Position numbers and translations under genes: made by a program. A DNA stretch of 36,091 nt from Paraglomus brasilianum (Eukaryota), in assembly GCA_910592345.1 (NCBI GenBank), contig CAJVPI010000304.1, positions 1 through 36,091 of the forward strand, given 5' to 3'. The notes beneath the pieces were generated by a model. The model was not told where the DNA came from. It did not search any database and was given only the letters and a program-made list of their open reading frames with translations. Positions 1-12,618 of this stretch are shown here, piece by piece (the stretch's first letter is position 1; the number at the start of each line of letters is the position of its first letter).

Positions 1-90
1 CAGTAGGGGAAGTAGCCAAATTTAGTAACTCGAAGCGCTACCATATCTGGTAGGGGAGGTAACTGATGAGAACGCACGCAATATATTAAC

Positions 91-813
91 GAACTGACAT
101 GAAGATGAAGGCTAAACTTGTGGAGCATATTGCCTAATTTGGAGGTCATCCATAGCATAGGATCAATACATTGTGATCTCCATGGTGGAAATGTACTTTT
201 GGATAAAAATCCTACTTCAACATCTTCGAATCCTAGTTTCACTTCATACATATGCGATCTCGGTCTCTCTCAATCAGTACATTCATGCGAGTCAAACGCC
301 TCAACCATTCGAAGAGTGTTACCCTATATTGCACCAGAAATTTTTCATACTCGCAAATATACTCCAAAATCAGATATATGCTTTTGGCATTCTCATGCAT
401 CAAATTGGCAGTGGCGAGCTACCATTTTGAGACCGAGCAATTTGATTGAAATATATTTGTTGTGATGCTGAACCAAATAATCGCCCGAATGCTGTGGAAG
501 TTAAAGAGTACGTTCAGAGACTTATTCCTAAGCTGTATCATGAAGAGGCTGCTGTCTGGGATACCATTTATAAAAAAGAGAACACAAAGCCTATATCACA
601 CGTTGAGAAAGAGACCAAATATTCGATAGAATAGTGTCTGCTGAATGCCAACACCAAGAAATAGTTGTGATATTACGGGTATTGTCGCAATGCATACTGT
701 TTAATTATTTATCATTATAGTAATAGTAACCTTGTCTTGTTTATTTAGATTCTAAACAAATTGAACTTGTGATACTAATACCGGATGAATTTATGTTAAA
801 TGATGTGATGTGA
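91..813 (+). pseudogene. Degenerate protein kinase C-lobe (TKL-like family of the type expanded in arbuscular mycorrhizal fungi)
   Basis: Motifs are spread over several frames: IHCDLHGGNVLL (catalytic loop), CDLGLS (DFG position), LPYIAPE, then after a frameshift near 373-380 IYAFGILMHQIGSGELPF, then CCDAEPNNRP. A segment between subdomains IX and XI appears deleted. Probable terminal intron 679-748 (GTATTG...TTTAG) and last exon DSKQIELVI...TGA(811-813). No N-lobe motifs in the window. Confidence 0.88.
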
Positions 814-1795
814 GTGGATACTGATTGTATATGCCGGACAATTGAGCAGCGGCTCTTCTAATAGTATTCAATCATAGATATGAAAAATTGACGTTGAGTT
901 TGATATATACATATTAATAGTCATATACGCATTTACTCTTTATATTCTATACAATGAAGTAAGCATAATGCCACAATTACAATGTATTTATGTGCTAATA
1001 ATAAGGCACAACGCAATCGTCAGGTGATGCATCGAAGATTAATAAAAATATTCGCCGTAATAATTACAGTCATTTATATTTATACTAATACGATCTAAAT
1101 TTATCGTGCACTAGAAAATTATGCTTCTATCAATGACGCGTCCTTAATGTACAGTTTTATCACGTGTGGGATTACCAGCCTTCTTAGATAGTTATATCCA
1201 AATTAGCCTTGTATTTATTATTATGCCCAAACCTAGATGCAGGCTTGATATTGACATAACTCACATGTATAGTTCTACACGCGACAATCACAGCTTCAAA
1301 GGGAAAAGAAAGATGTATGTCGGGCCATAATTGGACATTCTTTGTCTTTTAATTTATCTACGCATTTTCTACATTAGGCAGTTAATCAATGCTTAAATGC
1401 ATTCCAGTATTTATAATGATGGTTTGTTTTCACTTTAACGTATAATCTTTTTGACATTGTTGCTTGTTAACTTGCTCGAAGCAACCAAGGTACGAGTAGC
1501 AGATTGGTGTTTACAGCACATTTGGAAGTTAGCAATGAGATTCGCCCCTGCTTTTGGCCATAAACCATAATTCTCTCAATTTATCCATCTCGACAATTGT
1601 TTTGATTGTTTAACATTAAACATCGTGGTCCTGTCTCCATGCATTCCACGCAAACTAGTAATAAAAGTCTACAATAAATATATTTATCGCTCAACATAGT
1701 ACCATATGGGTTTGGACTTGGCCTAAACTCTTAAATAGCAATTTCGAGTTATTAAACATTGTCTCCTGTCCTTTGTAAACTATACTCGCCGCATA

Positions 1796-4700
1796 ATGAC
1801 CGAAGCTAAATATGTTATAGCTGGCTGGGATTGGGATGCTGAAGGAAACGATGAGTTGGTATATGTCTATGTAGCATGGGTGAATGTATGTCAATAGGAA
1901 GCCAATGCCTAACCATGGTCTTGTTCTTGACACAGGCTCTCAAAGCCGGTGACGTAATAAAACTAATTAGCAAACATAACGATAACTGGTAAAGTGCGAA
2001 TACGAGCATGTTTTAGCAATTTAATCATTAATTAACTGTTTTATTATCACTATCTGGTATTAATAGGTGGGAAGGTATTGTTTACACAAATATTAGTAGT
2101 AATTTGCCTTTGCTTGAGTATTCTCATTGATCTGTGATCCATTTCTATCAGGCGAGCTTGATAGTCGTCGCGGATTGTTTCCTGCAAGCTATGTTCGGGT
2201 TTTGGAAAATGTGCTAGAAGAGAATAGCACACAGGAATTAGCAGACACCCAAACTGGCAGTCTGGCTCATGTGTACGGTAATGCAATTGAAAGAGAAGTT
2301 CAACAGATGTACTCCGAGGAAGTGAGTAAGGATCAGGACGTCAGGATAAACGAATATAGTAATGAGGATGGAACAAACTATCATCTGCAAAATCAAGCCG
2401 TTGAAGAGAGTGTTCAGTATATTTCGGAGCTGAGATACGAGACTCTCTATTATGAGCAAGAAAATTTCATTGAGCAACAACAAGAACCTATCAATGTCCC
2501 ATCGTATAATAAACATGCTGATCAGGAATCAAATGTCGACCACATAAAACGCTCGAACAGGCATCGACCAACGGGCAGTGAAGGACATCAACTATCAGTT
2601 GAGCACGTTGAAATACAACACAATGAATCCCAATCAACACAAGAAATCACTGAAGATGTCACGGCTGAACCAATACATCATGCACCATATGACCGAGAAA
2701 TCCATAACGACAGCAACAACGATGCTGAATCTGTTAAAGAAGATTCATCAGAAGAAGAGCAAGCTGATCACAAACATTATCCCCGACTGCTTTACGCTGG
2801 AGAACAACCATCTCAGGAGGAATTGTTGCTGCAGAATACCATTGACGACCAAGGCGAACAAAGTATGCACGATCAGTATTTGGATGAGCAATTGTCAGAA
2901 GATGAGACGTTCCCCGAAGACCTATTAAGAGAACAAATATTTGAAAGGGAGTTCGAAGGAAACGTCTGGGATATCATGGAACATTATCGTAATAGGGAAG
3001 GTACGTATGGAATGGGGCCTGCATAATATTCAGCATTGTTACTTTATCTGATGTTATGCTCTTATCTATTAGGTTTGTCGGACAATTATACGGATAATGT
3101 TTCCCCGCAAGTGGTAAGCAAACACCTTGGGTATATCAAATGAGTGACATAAATTCGATTGCGTTTTCTTCTCATTAATGTTACATTTATTATAAGGATG
3201 CCGATGAAGTTCATACAGCCGATGATGAAGGCTACCATCTACTTCCAAGCGATGATGAGGGACGTTACAGCGAACTACATTCATCATTAAACGTTGAAGA
3301 TTATGAGAATACTCTACGTGCTGCATCATTAGAACAAGACGATTCAATCAACAAGGGAGTGGGAGATCTGAAGCTAGAAGACGATTATGAAGACAATCCA
3401 TTTGTTTCATCAGACGAAACCTTTGATCAATTATCACAATCAAGAACCACTAATGACTTGGAAGACGATGATATTGATAGTCCTCAACGTAAGATTTCTG
3501 ATTCCACTATAGATGATGATATTTATAGTGAGGATGGGCAAGCGTCCTTATACAGTTCAACAATGGGAGAGATGGCTTGGGATACTTCGTTACTGAATAC
3601 GGAACTACATAGAAAAGCCGTCGTCTACGATGATTTCTCATTGGTGGTGACTCAAACGCTTCAAGGCAATCAATCCTTCGAGCGGCAGGTTATAAGCAAT
3701 GAGCATGAGGAGGGAACGGTCCAACTGCCAAGTCGAGATGGCAGGGAACAAGATGACGACAATGTAATTCTAAATTCTGATGCAACGGTTCCAACTGACG
3801 ATGTAGCATTGGACAATCAAAGATCGTCAGAATCAGGTGATCAACGTCAACGTCCCCCATCGGTAATACATTCACAACTGCGTCAGCTAGAGTCTGACCG
3901 TAACCAACAATTGAATTTACCGAAAGGCTGGTGGTCTAGCGTCGGTTTGTATTTGTTTATTTATTCTCCCATTTAATAACAACATTAAAATATGAATTTG
4001 TTAGCAGCGAATACTTTATTTATGGTTAGATTAGGAGTATTAGTATTATCCGAAACTATAGTTTAAATAATAGTATATCTGGATCAGAAATATTCAAATA
4101 CAAGTACCAATCAAATCTCTACACTCGATAACTACAACTCATTCAGTTGGGTCACTGCCAATTATGTTCAGACGACAGCGGTGCAGTATTCTATTACAAC
4201 GAATTCACGAATGAGTCACAGTGGGAGATGCCAGTAGAAACAACGGCCATAGCGATAAATAAGACGGAAGAAGAAAGAAACGAAGAAGCTATAAGCAACG
4301 TCGTAGAATCTGAATTAATGGAAGGATACGGTTTGTCAGAAAACATTAATGAACCGAATTACCCTACGACCGAGGTTAGTACAGAATTGTAATTTTATGG
4401 TGTCAAAAACAATATTTGGATATGAATGAAGAAATTGGTTTACACTATTTTATATAGGAATCTGTTGACCTTAGAAGTTATTCCAGAACTCACTCTGACA
4501 ATCACCACGAGAGGCCCATTCCACCGGAGAAAGTATATTATGCTACTGGTGAGGATCATCATGCTGGGCTGGGTGGATCCGGCGACCGGACAGAACTAAG
4601 TATATTGGTAAAATATCAGAATTCTGCGATTTATCTAAGGTAATGAAACAACGCGCTCATCACACATTGCTCATATATTATGCCAGCAACTCGATCGCAT

Positions 4701-6681
4701 ACCAGCCGAATGGATCCATAAGCAAGGCTTTTTATCAATGAAAGCGGAAAGTCCAGAAGGCGATAAGCTGAGCTCATGGAAGCTATATTGGGTTGTGCTT
4801 TGTGATGTATATATACTATTCTACAAAAGCTCACCTGAGAGGAACAAAGTACGCCAACTTGCTTACTATAGTACTCGTATATATAGTCGTCAACTAACCG
4901 TTGCTAATAATATTGACTACAGAAAACCGAGAAGAAAGCAATGCCAGTGGGGCTATTTGACGTGCATAAAGATAAATTAGAGTTGGCGGGGAGACGACAT
5001 ACCAAGCAGAAACATGTATTTATACTTAATGCTTGTGATGGAGTGAGAATATTTATGCAAGCTCAGACTGATAATGAAGCAAAAGGATGGGTAGATATGA
5101 TAAATTTCAATCAAGAAATGCGAAGAAAATCTCACGAGGTAAATTTATACATAGTCAGACATGTTAATCATTTTGAGTTTGCTAACAGTGTTGTTTATTT
5201 TACAGTCAAATAACGAACCAGGTGAGTGATTAAAGCATAGTGAGTTTGTCTTAACTATCTGCATAAGGCTATATAATATTTTGCTTTGATTTCATAGAAA
5301 TTGATTCTTTACTGCGAGCATGAGTGAATAAAATTAATGACATGGGTATCAACAGGAAAGTCAAGAAGGGATTACAGTCAAAAGGTGATTATATCTACTG
5401 TAGAAAGCTAATCGAAGAAAACATTGTAACTGAGTCCAATCTTTCTGCATAGCGAGTGAATTCAGGAAGACAGAAAAAGAGAATACAAGCCTTGTCAAGA
5501 AGAAATCTAAAAAATTCGGTAATATACTATTAATCACTGGATTTTATAGAATGAAATTCACATAATTAACATCCGCGTATAAATAAGGTGCCAGTAATGT
5601 CGCATCGAAAAAGAGGAATTGGTTCTTCCAGAATAAGCCACAGTCATCGAACTATAACAAGAGGCCCGTACACAACGGTATGCTGCGCATATATTTAGAC
5701 CAGATAACAAGGTGTTCAATACAGTCTTGCTTTTACTGCCTAGTTGATATATTTACAAGTTTGAAATTGGGCAGATTTGATTTTTGGTGGACTGCTTGAA
5801 AATCCAGATGGTCGAATACCACAAATTGTCGAACAATGCATAAAAGTAGTGGATGAACGCGGTGAGAGGCAGATTCTCATTTATCTATGAAATGAGCTAT
5901 ACATAGACTTGATAATTAATAAAATCTTCTTATAGGTTTGCAAAGTGTTGGCTTATATCGACTATCGGGAAATACAGCCACCATTCAGAAATTGCGAAAT
6001 CAGGTTAATGATGGTAATTATAATGTCTGCGAGCAACAATAATGAAACCTCAAGACTTTCTTCTTCTAGTCACTTCAACACAAAATTTTGCCAACACGGA
6101 AATTTAGGCGAACCAGTAAATCTCTACGATGAACCAGACATAAACGCAATAGCCGGGCTGCTTAAACTTTATTTTCGCGAATTGGCTAATCCTTTGATAC
6201 CATTCGAATACTATGATATATTTATAGAGGCAGCAAGTGAGTTGCATAACACCTTATGCTTCCCTTTCTGTTGTCAATTGTTCGTTTTGTACTTTTCTAT
6301 TGACCAATAACTTCCACATATCCTATAGAAATAACTGATTATAATGAGAAAATGTACCGACTACACTCGCTGGTTCATTCTCTCCCTCAAGTCTATTTCG
6401 AAACCCTCGAAACTCTCATGAGACACTTGTCACGTGTGACATCTTATAGTGAGGAAAATAAGATGGAACCGCAAAATCTAGCAATTGTATTTGCTCCCAA
6501 TTTAATCCGACCTTTCGAAGCCGGAATCGAAAGTATTATGGATTCTGGGTTGCAGAGTCAAATCATAGAAACATTGATTGAGCAATGCGAATGGTTCTTT
6601 GACGACGATGACGATGACGACGACGACGATGACGACGACGATGGTGATAATGAAGAGCGTGTGGAAATAAGTGAGGAATAG
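1796..6681 (+). CDS. Rho GTPase-activating protein with SH3 - acidic low-complexity linker - WW - PH - RhoGAP architecture (ARHGAP9/12/27-like); contains one in-frame TGA
   Basis: Exons: 1796-1858, 1936-1988, 2067-2074, 2152-3000, 3073-3113, 3197-3944, 4172-4374, 4458-4607, 4687-4848, 4923-5138, 5206-5221, 5298-5384, 5453-5518, 5588-5677, 5775-5861, 5936-6013, 6108-6236, 6329-6681 (3399 nt, all introns GT-AG). SH3: MTEAKYVIAGWDWDAEGNDELALKAGDVIKLISKHNDNWWEGELDSRRGLFPASYV. WW: LPKGWWSSVDDSGAVFYYNEFTNESQWEMP. PH: HKQGFLSMK...SWKLYWVVL...LFYK...QAQTDNEAKGWVDMI. RhoGAP: IFGG...IPQIVEQCI...GLYRLSG (arginine finger)...IAGLLKLYFRELANPLIP...NKMEPQNLAIVFAPNL. TGA at 5321-5323 is in frame. Confidence 0.9.
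6601..6642 (+). repeat. GAY trinucleotide run encoding a poly-Asp tract in the RhoGAP C-terminal tail
   Basis: gacgacgatgacgatgacgacgacgacgatgacgacgacgat, in frame in the last exon. Confidence 0.9.
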
Positions 6682-9600
6682 CGTCTGTGCTACCAAAAAT
6701 TTAAGGGCTAGTCATAGTTTATGGCCAACCTGATAGTGCGAATTTAACTTATTGTCATTTGTAATTATTGCATTAAATTAAAATAAATTCTAAATTGGCC
6801 GTCAAATGAATTCGATGCCGTGATTACATAACATTTCGTGTGACAAAAGGTCGAATTTACAAGGGAACCTTTCATTTTAACGTTCACGTCCTTTGTACAT
6901 ATTCTAATGCTCCTTTAATTATAAATTATATTATGCGAAAAGTCTTTGACTGCAGAAATGAGAACATCTTCCGGTAACAATCTGTGTTTAGATCCTATTA
7001 TTATGATTATGGTTATGGTTATCCCGCATACTCCAAGAACTGTCTTGGGCACTGGAGATCGGGGCATATTTTTTTTTTTCAATCAAAGTGGCTCAGCGAC
7101 GAATGAAATTGTTCTAGTGGCATGTGTGCAGGTGGGACGGGGCGATGCAAAAATCAATATATATGTTGTGAACAGGAAAATAGTACGTTTTATCTTTGAT
7201 GCAATATGGAGACAATTGGGAATTTGCAGACTTTATTGTCCAAAAACATTGAAACAATCGGGAAATAACAATGCATGTCGTTCAAAACATACGCCACGGG
7301 GACAGAAGTAACAAACATTAACATATCTTCTCACGATTCCCCACGCATAATAATAAAGACATTGAATATGAATCTGGTGGCCTCCGTTTCAACAATATAT
7401 CTATTGTCATGTAATATTGTTGTCATTTGCTTAGTAGAATTAAAGTTGTGAGGCTTGCACATAACAGAGTCCTTCGTTCATTTCTTAAAAAAACGACGCA
7501 CGGTTCGTTTAGTATTATTATGTTTGACACGTTGAAGTAATACAAGTAATTTGACCCCCGAAGGGGTTATATGTGCAATTTACGTAATGTCAATTAGGAT
7601 CAAAGCTGTCAGTCTGGCGTTAACCATCAACCAATCGTATCATTTATTGAACGAATGGACCGATTTCACGCAGTATTAAAAGTAAGCAGCGGGTAAAGTT
7701 TTCTATTGGAGGCCCATGGAAAAGACGACAAGCACACATAACTATAATTAGCACACATGGATTGGAAAGCCAAGAACTCGATCCACCATATATATTACGG
7801 TATACCTTTGTGGTGTTTTAAAGAAGGTTTCCCGATGATTCTTTCACGCGCACGACCCAGGCATTTACTATTAAGTAAGCAACCCACATAGGACGAATCA
7901 GCAATGATGGACATATGTCCAAACTAATAAAGTACAAACAGAATAAATGCCAAAAAAAGAAAAAACTATACAAACACAAATGATATCAACCATTGCCTTA
8001 TCTGAACATACAACGATATGTTTGTAGAATAACAACGTTCAAAACGGGTCAAATCTGTCGATTAATAAACATGATACATGCAAGTGTCGAGGGAATGATT
8101 TATGCACAATGGATATCTCTAATTAATGTTAAGTGACTAAGCCACATGGCCAATAAAAAACCGCATATTACCTGTAAGTAACTCCCTAGTGCCACCTATT
8201 GACCAATGACTGCATATAAATGAAACGGAAGTATTATTTCATTGTCACTGGAGAAAACATTACCCGAGTGTCCTGTGGGGTGATTTATGTAACAAGGGAT
8301 GGGCGACATTCAAAGAAATTTTCGATTGACATACCAATCCCCTTTCGTTAAAGTATGACATATACGATCAAACTTATTTTATTTAAGGCAGGATAAGAAA
8401 CTAAACTATACGAGGGACAGCCAATATTAACATCTTCAATCAGCCGTTGCTGCTCTTGTCGATATTTGGTTACGAACAATATCAATAGATTACGATATTC
8501 ATTACGAGATTTTTTTGCAATATTGAACATAAAAATTTATCAAATGGGTTATCCCGATGGGAGAAGAAGGCCTTTTTGCCTTTTTTTGACGTTTCGTGGT
8601 TAAAATGCGGGGCTATGCTTAATTACAGAGAACATTTTTTATTGGTGCGCAAGATGGTATTCAGCCTAGCGTCATAGTGTCCGAATAAATTGCACTTTTC
8701 TGGCCATTGTCTGTGTGTTGTATTGATTCCTGTGTACATTAACTCGACACATCTTTCATATCGTTGATAGTCAATCATTCACACGTGTGCTTGATGGCCA
8801 ATTATAGGACCAACATTCTTAATAACTTTATCGAACAAAGGGTAAAATGGGTTAAAGCTAAATGTATTTTGATAAACCAAGACAGCAAATAGTTACAAAT
8901 ATAGTGATCTGATGAGAGACTCACTCAGGTTCTCACATTAGCCAAGTTTTCTTTCATATTGACGTCGGTCAGTCTCCCCTATACGTGCGGTAAGTCACAC
9001 CAACTTATATTAAGATGGAGTAAACGGCATAGCCTATCGACATCAGAATCGAATCGATTGTTGTGATCTTATTCTCTGGAAAGCCGGATCATTGTTTGGG
9101 GTTGCTGTATTAGTATCCAACAGTATATGTTACACATGTACTGAAATAGTTTTCACGTGAGATAGGGATGAACAGCATTTGGGGCACATCCTGCAACACA
9201 GCAGGTTCAAACCGCTTCCCCACATTTTTCTTAACGGTTGTTGGTAACACGAGCAAATTGAATTGTCTCATTATAAAAATATTTGTTAATAGGGAAATAA
9301 AATCTAGTTCGATACGTTTTCGCTCATAAGTATCAAGGGCGTGTGTAGCGAAAGCTAAATAATAAGGTAGTACAAACTTTTAAATCTTTCTTGCATACAT
9401 ATAGAATGTGTGCTCGATCATTATCATCAATCTACAGCGCTTTCGATATTTATTGTAGGAAAATTTATGACTTAAATCTTAAGGCAAAGTGGGCTTTTTT
9501 ATAGACGGTATGCGATTACGTTAATCATAATAAAGAAATGGGACAGAGTTGAAAGTTTTTAAACTGACCTACCTAATGATGGATACTGTCATTTGATTTA

Positions 9601-12431
9601 CCAAGGTAATCTTAAATTCGGATTGATGAAAGATGTTACAAAAGATGACCGTTGCTAAGACTGTAAAAGTCAAGGACAAGTGGGAAAAAGCGTGTTTACT
9701 TGCATATTAGTTTTATTCAATTGATACAGTAATCTGCAACTGGTAAACTTGAATGGCTGCTGAAGTGCTCTTTATTGGATTTATTGTTATTTTAGTGTCC
9801 CATCCTTTAATTGATATTAACGAATACGGGTAGATAATTTATAGAATCCTCAAAGATAGTATGTTTTATATTGTGCTTACGGTAATTTCCCCAACTTCTT
9901 GATCAATGCTATAGTAAATTAAACATTCTTTTGAGTGGACTTGCGCAATTAAGTTGTGAGAATTCTTATAAATCATTAATAAAACTTATTTAACTCTTCT
10001 AATAATTAAATTTTACTGGTCCATAGATTTGAAGTCCGAAATCTCGTAAGAATTTACAGCACTATATTACCTATCATTGATGTGTAACATTTATGTTATC
10101 ACTTATAAAAGTATATCCCAAAAAGACGAAAAAGATAAACCAGTTTTAATGTTTCACCGATTGATCGGCGGATTCGGCCAACGTTTCTCCCAGTATTAGT
10201 ATTAGTATTAGTTAGTTTATGTAAACCATCATAAATCTCATATCTATCCAACACTCTTTAAATAAACCGATGCCTTGTCGTACGACTAATGCGGTTGACT
10301 GGACAATTGCATAATATTTTGTTATATATTAATATTGCATATCGTAATATGATTTATTTAATATTCATATAATAATCGATATAATCATTGCAGAAGCAAT
10401 AAACGCATACCTTCAACAAATTTTTGCAATCCACATACGCGATTTTGCTGATTTAGATATTTAATTGACCAACAAATTGGATTATTGCCATGGAATTTTG
10501 TTCCAAGCTGATATGTAGATAAACTGTTATGAATAGAGCGTTATAATATACTCACAGGACATGAAAATTGTGACAACAACCGCCCATATCTCTGCTTCGG
10601 ATTTAAAGTTTGCATACGGATCTATCGATGAGAATAAAATATTGGGGTGAATACCAATTAGTTGTGGGGGGGGGGGACTTTTATCTGGGAATAAGTCGAA
10701 TTAGGCATTTAACCCTCAACTTTAATCACCAGGGTCCACTTAACTGAGTGATACGAATGATAACTGAGGAATAAAGCGCTTTCACAAAGCTGCAAGCTAA
10801 TGCAGCCAACTTGGCAATTATGGTCAGAAACCAGTTTACGTAAGCAAATAGAATGAAAATCAGTGTTATTATATTAAATGATTAGATGATGTATATAGCA
10901 TTGTTCATTGTAGACTTTATGCTATATTATACTATTATACTATTATATACTATTGTTCACGTGTTCTCCTAAAAGCTTCTTCGACTAATCCAGCTTGCAC
11001 TCGTATTCTGTTTTAAGTTTGTCAGGCATCACCGATATTCTGTACGATAAATATGTCAAGCAAAACATCTCCATATCGAGATGTGTCTTTTCCAATTAAT
11101 TTAGTTGCATAAGCAGTCTATGCCAAGTTGTTGGAAACGCCGCATCCGATTTTTTTCATGACTTAAATCTGTGCGAGTATCATGGTTACAATGTCCAGCA
11201 TTTTGTCAACCATGTTTACAAGCTTCCGAACAAGAGATCTTTGTAAGCTACCAAAGCTCATGACATCACAAGATTCCAACATTTTCATATCTTATGTTTC
11301 TAACAAGGATTTCTTTGATAATATTCGCATATCCATATTTATTACGAAGGCTCCCAGCAACACAATTTGTTTGATATGGAGAGCCTTCAACAGTCTGACG
11401 AACAATCTTGCAAAGGTTGCTACGTAGTAAAGCTGTTATCCTGACGTTTGACCGACTACCATTAATACGTTAGATACGATAGTCGCGTTAACGCAATATG
11501 TTTACCAAATAGTTGTCTCCCGTCTTATTGGGAGAAATACCCTTATATGTAGTATGGATGCGGGGTAAGCTGAGAACGTGATTGTTTGTTATTATGCAGT
11601 ATGACAGGATGTGCCTGCCTTTATTGGAAATACCTATTAATTTGTTATAGCATGCACAACTACAATATTCATGACGCCTGTCCTACTTCTGAAAACTTTG
11701 TTGACGAAAGAATTCGTACATAGACTCGTCTTGGAGTGTTGAACGTTGAACATGGCTTTAAGTTTACGTAGTAAGATATATCTTCATATTGAACTAGCCT
11801 CGTACAGGTAAAAAGTTCTGCTATAACTCACTGATTAAAAGTCGAATTACTATTTCAAGTGATTGTCAACTAACAAACGATAATGCTCATCGAGAAAGAC
11901 AAGTTTGTCGTTCCCCCGTTATGACGAAGAACTAATTATTAATAATTACTATATCATTAATGTCCCATTGCCAGTCGTACGTTAGGTAATATGACATACA
12001 GTAAACCTCCCTGTAACAATATGCCATTCATCAAAGTTATCGTATGTAACGGTGATTTACAAATGGCTTGCATGATTTAGCAATTCGAATGTTAATTAAT
12101 ACTATAATTAAATCGTGTAATACCTCGTGCCGTATGTGTAGATCGATCACAACGCCCAAGTAACACAATATCTGAGCATTTAGATTAGGATTGGGGATCG
12201 AAAATTGGGGTACACATACCAGTCACTATAGATTGTCGAGTTGGATATTACACCTCATATTTTTATCCCACTCAGATACATCCCTATCCCCAAAATTCTA
12301 CGGTCCCGATTCCCCATGCCCTATATAATAATAATAATCTATTATGTCCGTGCCCTATCACTGTTACAATCCCCTATGACACAAAATATCTATTTATATT
12401 CTGTGCCAGGCTTGTACTACCAATTTAATAT

Positions 12432-12618
12432 GCCACATAAATCAGGCCACATAAATCAGACAAATCAAGCGCAAGTCAGGCCCATAAATCAGGCCACATA
12501 AATCAGGCCACATAAATCGGGCCACATAAATCGGGCCACATAAATCAGGCCACATAAATCAGGCCACATAAATCAGGCCACATAAATCAGGCCACATAAA
12601 TCAGGCCACATAAATCGG
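12432..12618 (+). repeat. 14-bp minisatellite, consensus GCCACATAAATCAG, about 13 units
   Basis: Directly visible tandem units, with variant GCCACATAAATCGG and a degenerate stretch at about 12460-12482. Confidence 0.97.

Noticed and set aside
2050..3875. Alternative-frame and antisense ORFs within the RhoGAP gene (for example 2238-2516, 2578-2928, 3069-3347, 3690-3875)
   Set aside because: They are shadows of the acidic low-complexity coding exons.
9160..9222. GCAGGTTCAAAC T-loop-like motif suggesting a tRNA or SINE
   Set aside because: No acceptor, D or anticodon stems could be formed. The same applies to GGGTTCGATC near 25433.
10960..11430. Coding-like stretch, including ORF 11182-11427 and its antisense frames
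   Set aside because: Minus-strand frames are interrupted by stops and no motif is recognisable on either strand; it may be an old relic but cannot be supported.
12432..12618. Tandem array as a CRISPR locus or telomeric repeat
   Set aside because: Units are contiguous with no spacers, no cas genes are present, the context is eukaryotic, and the unit does not resemble TTAGGG-type repeats.
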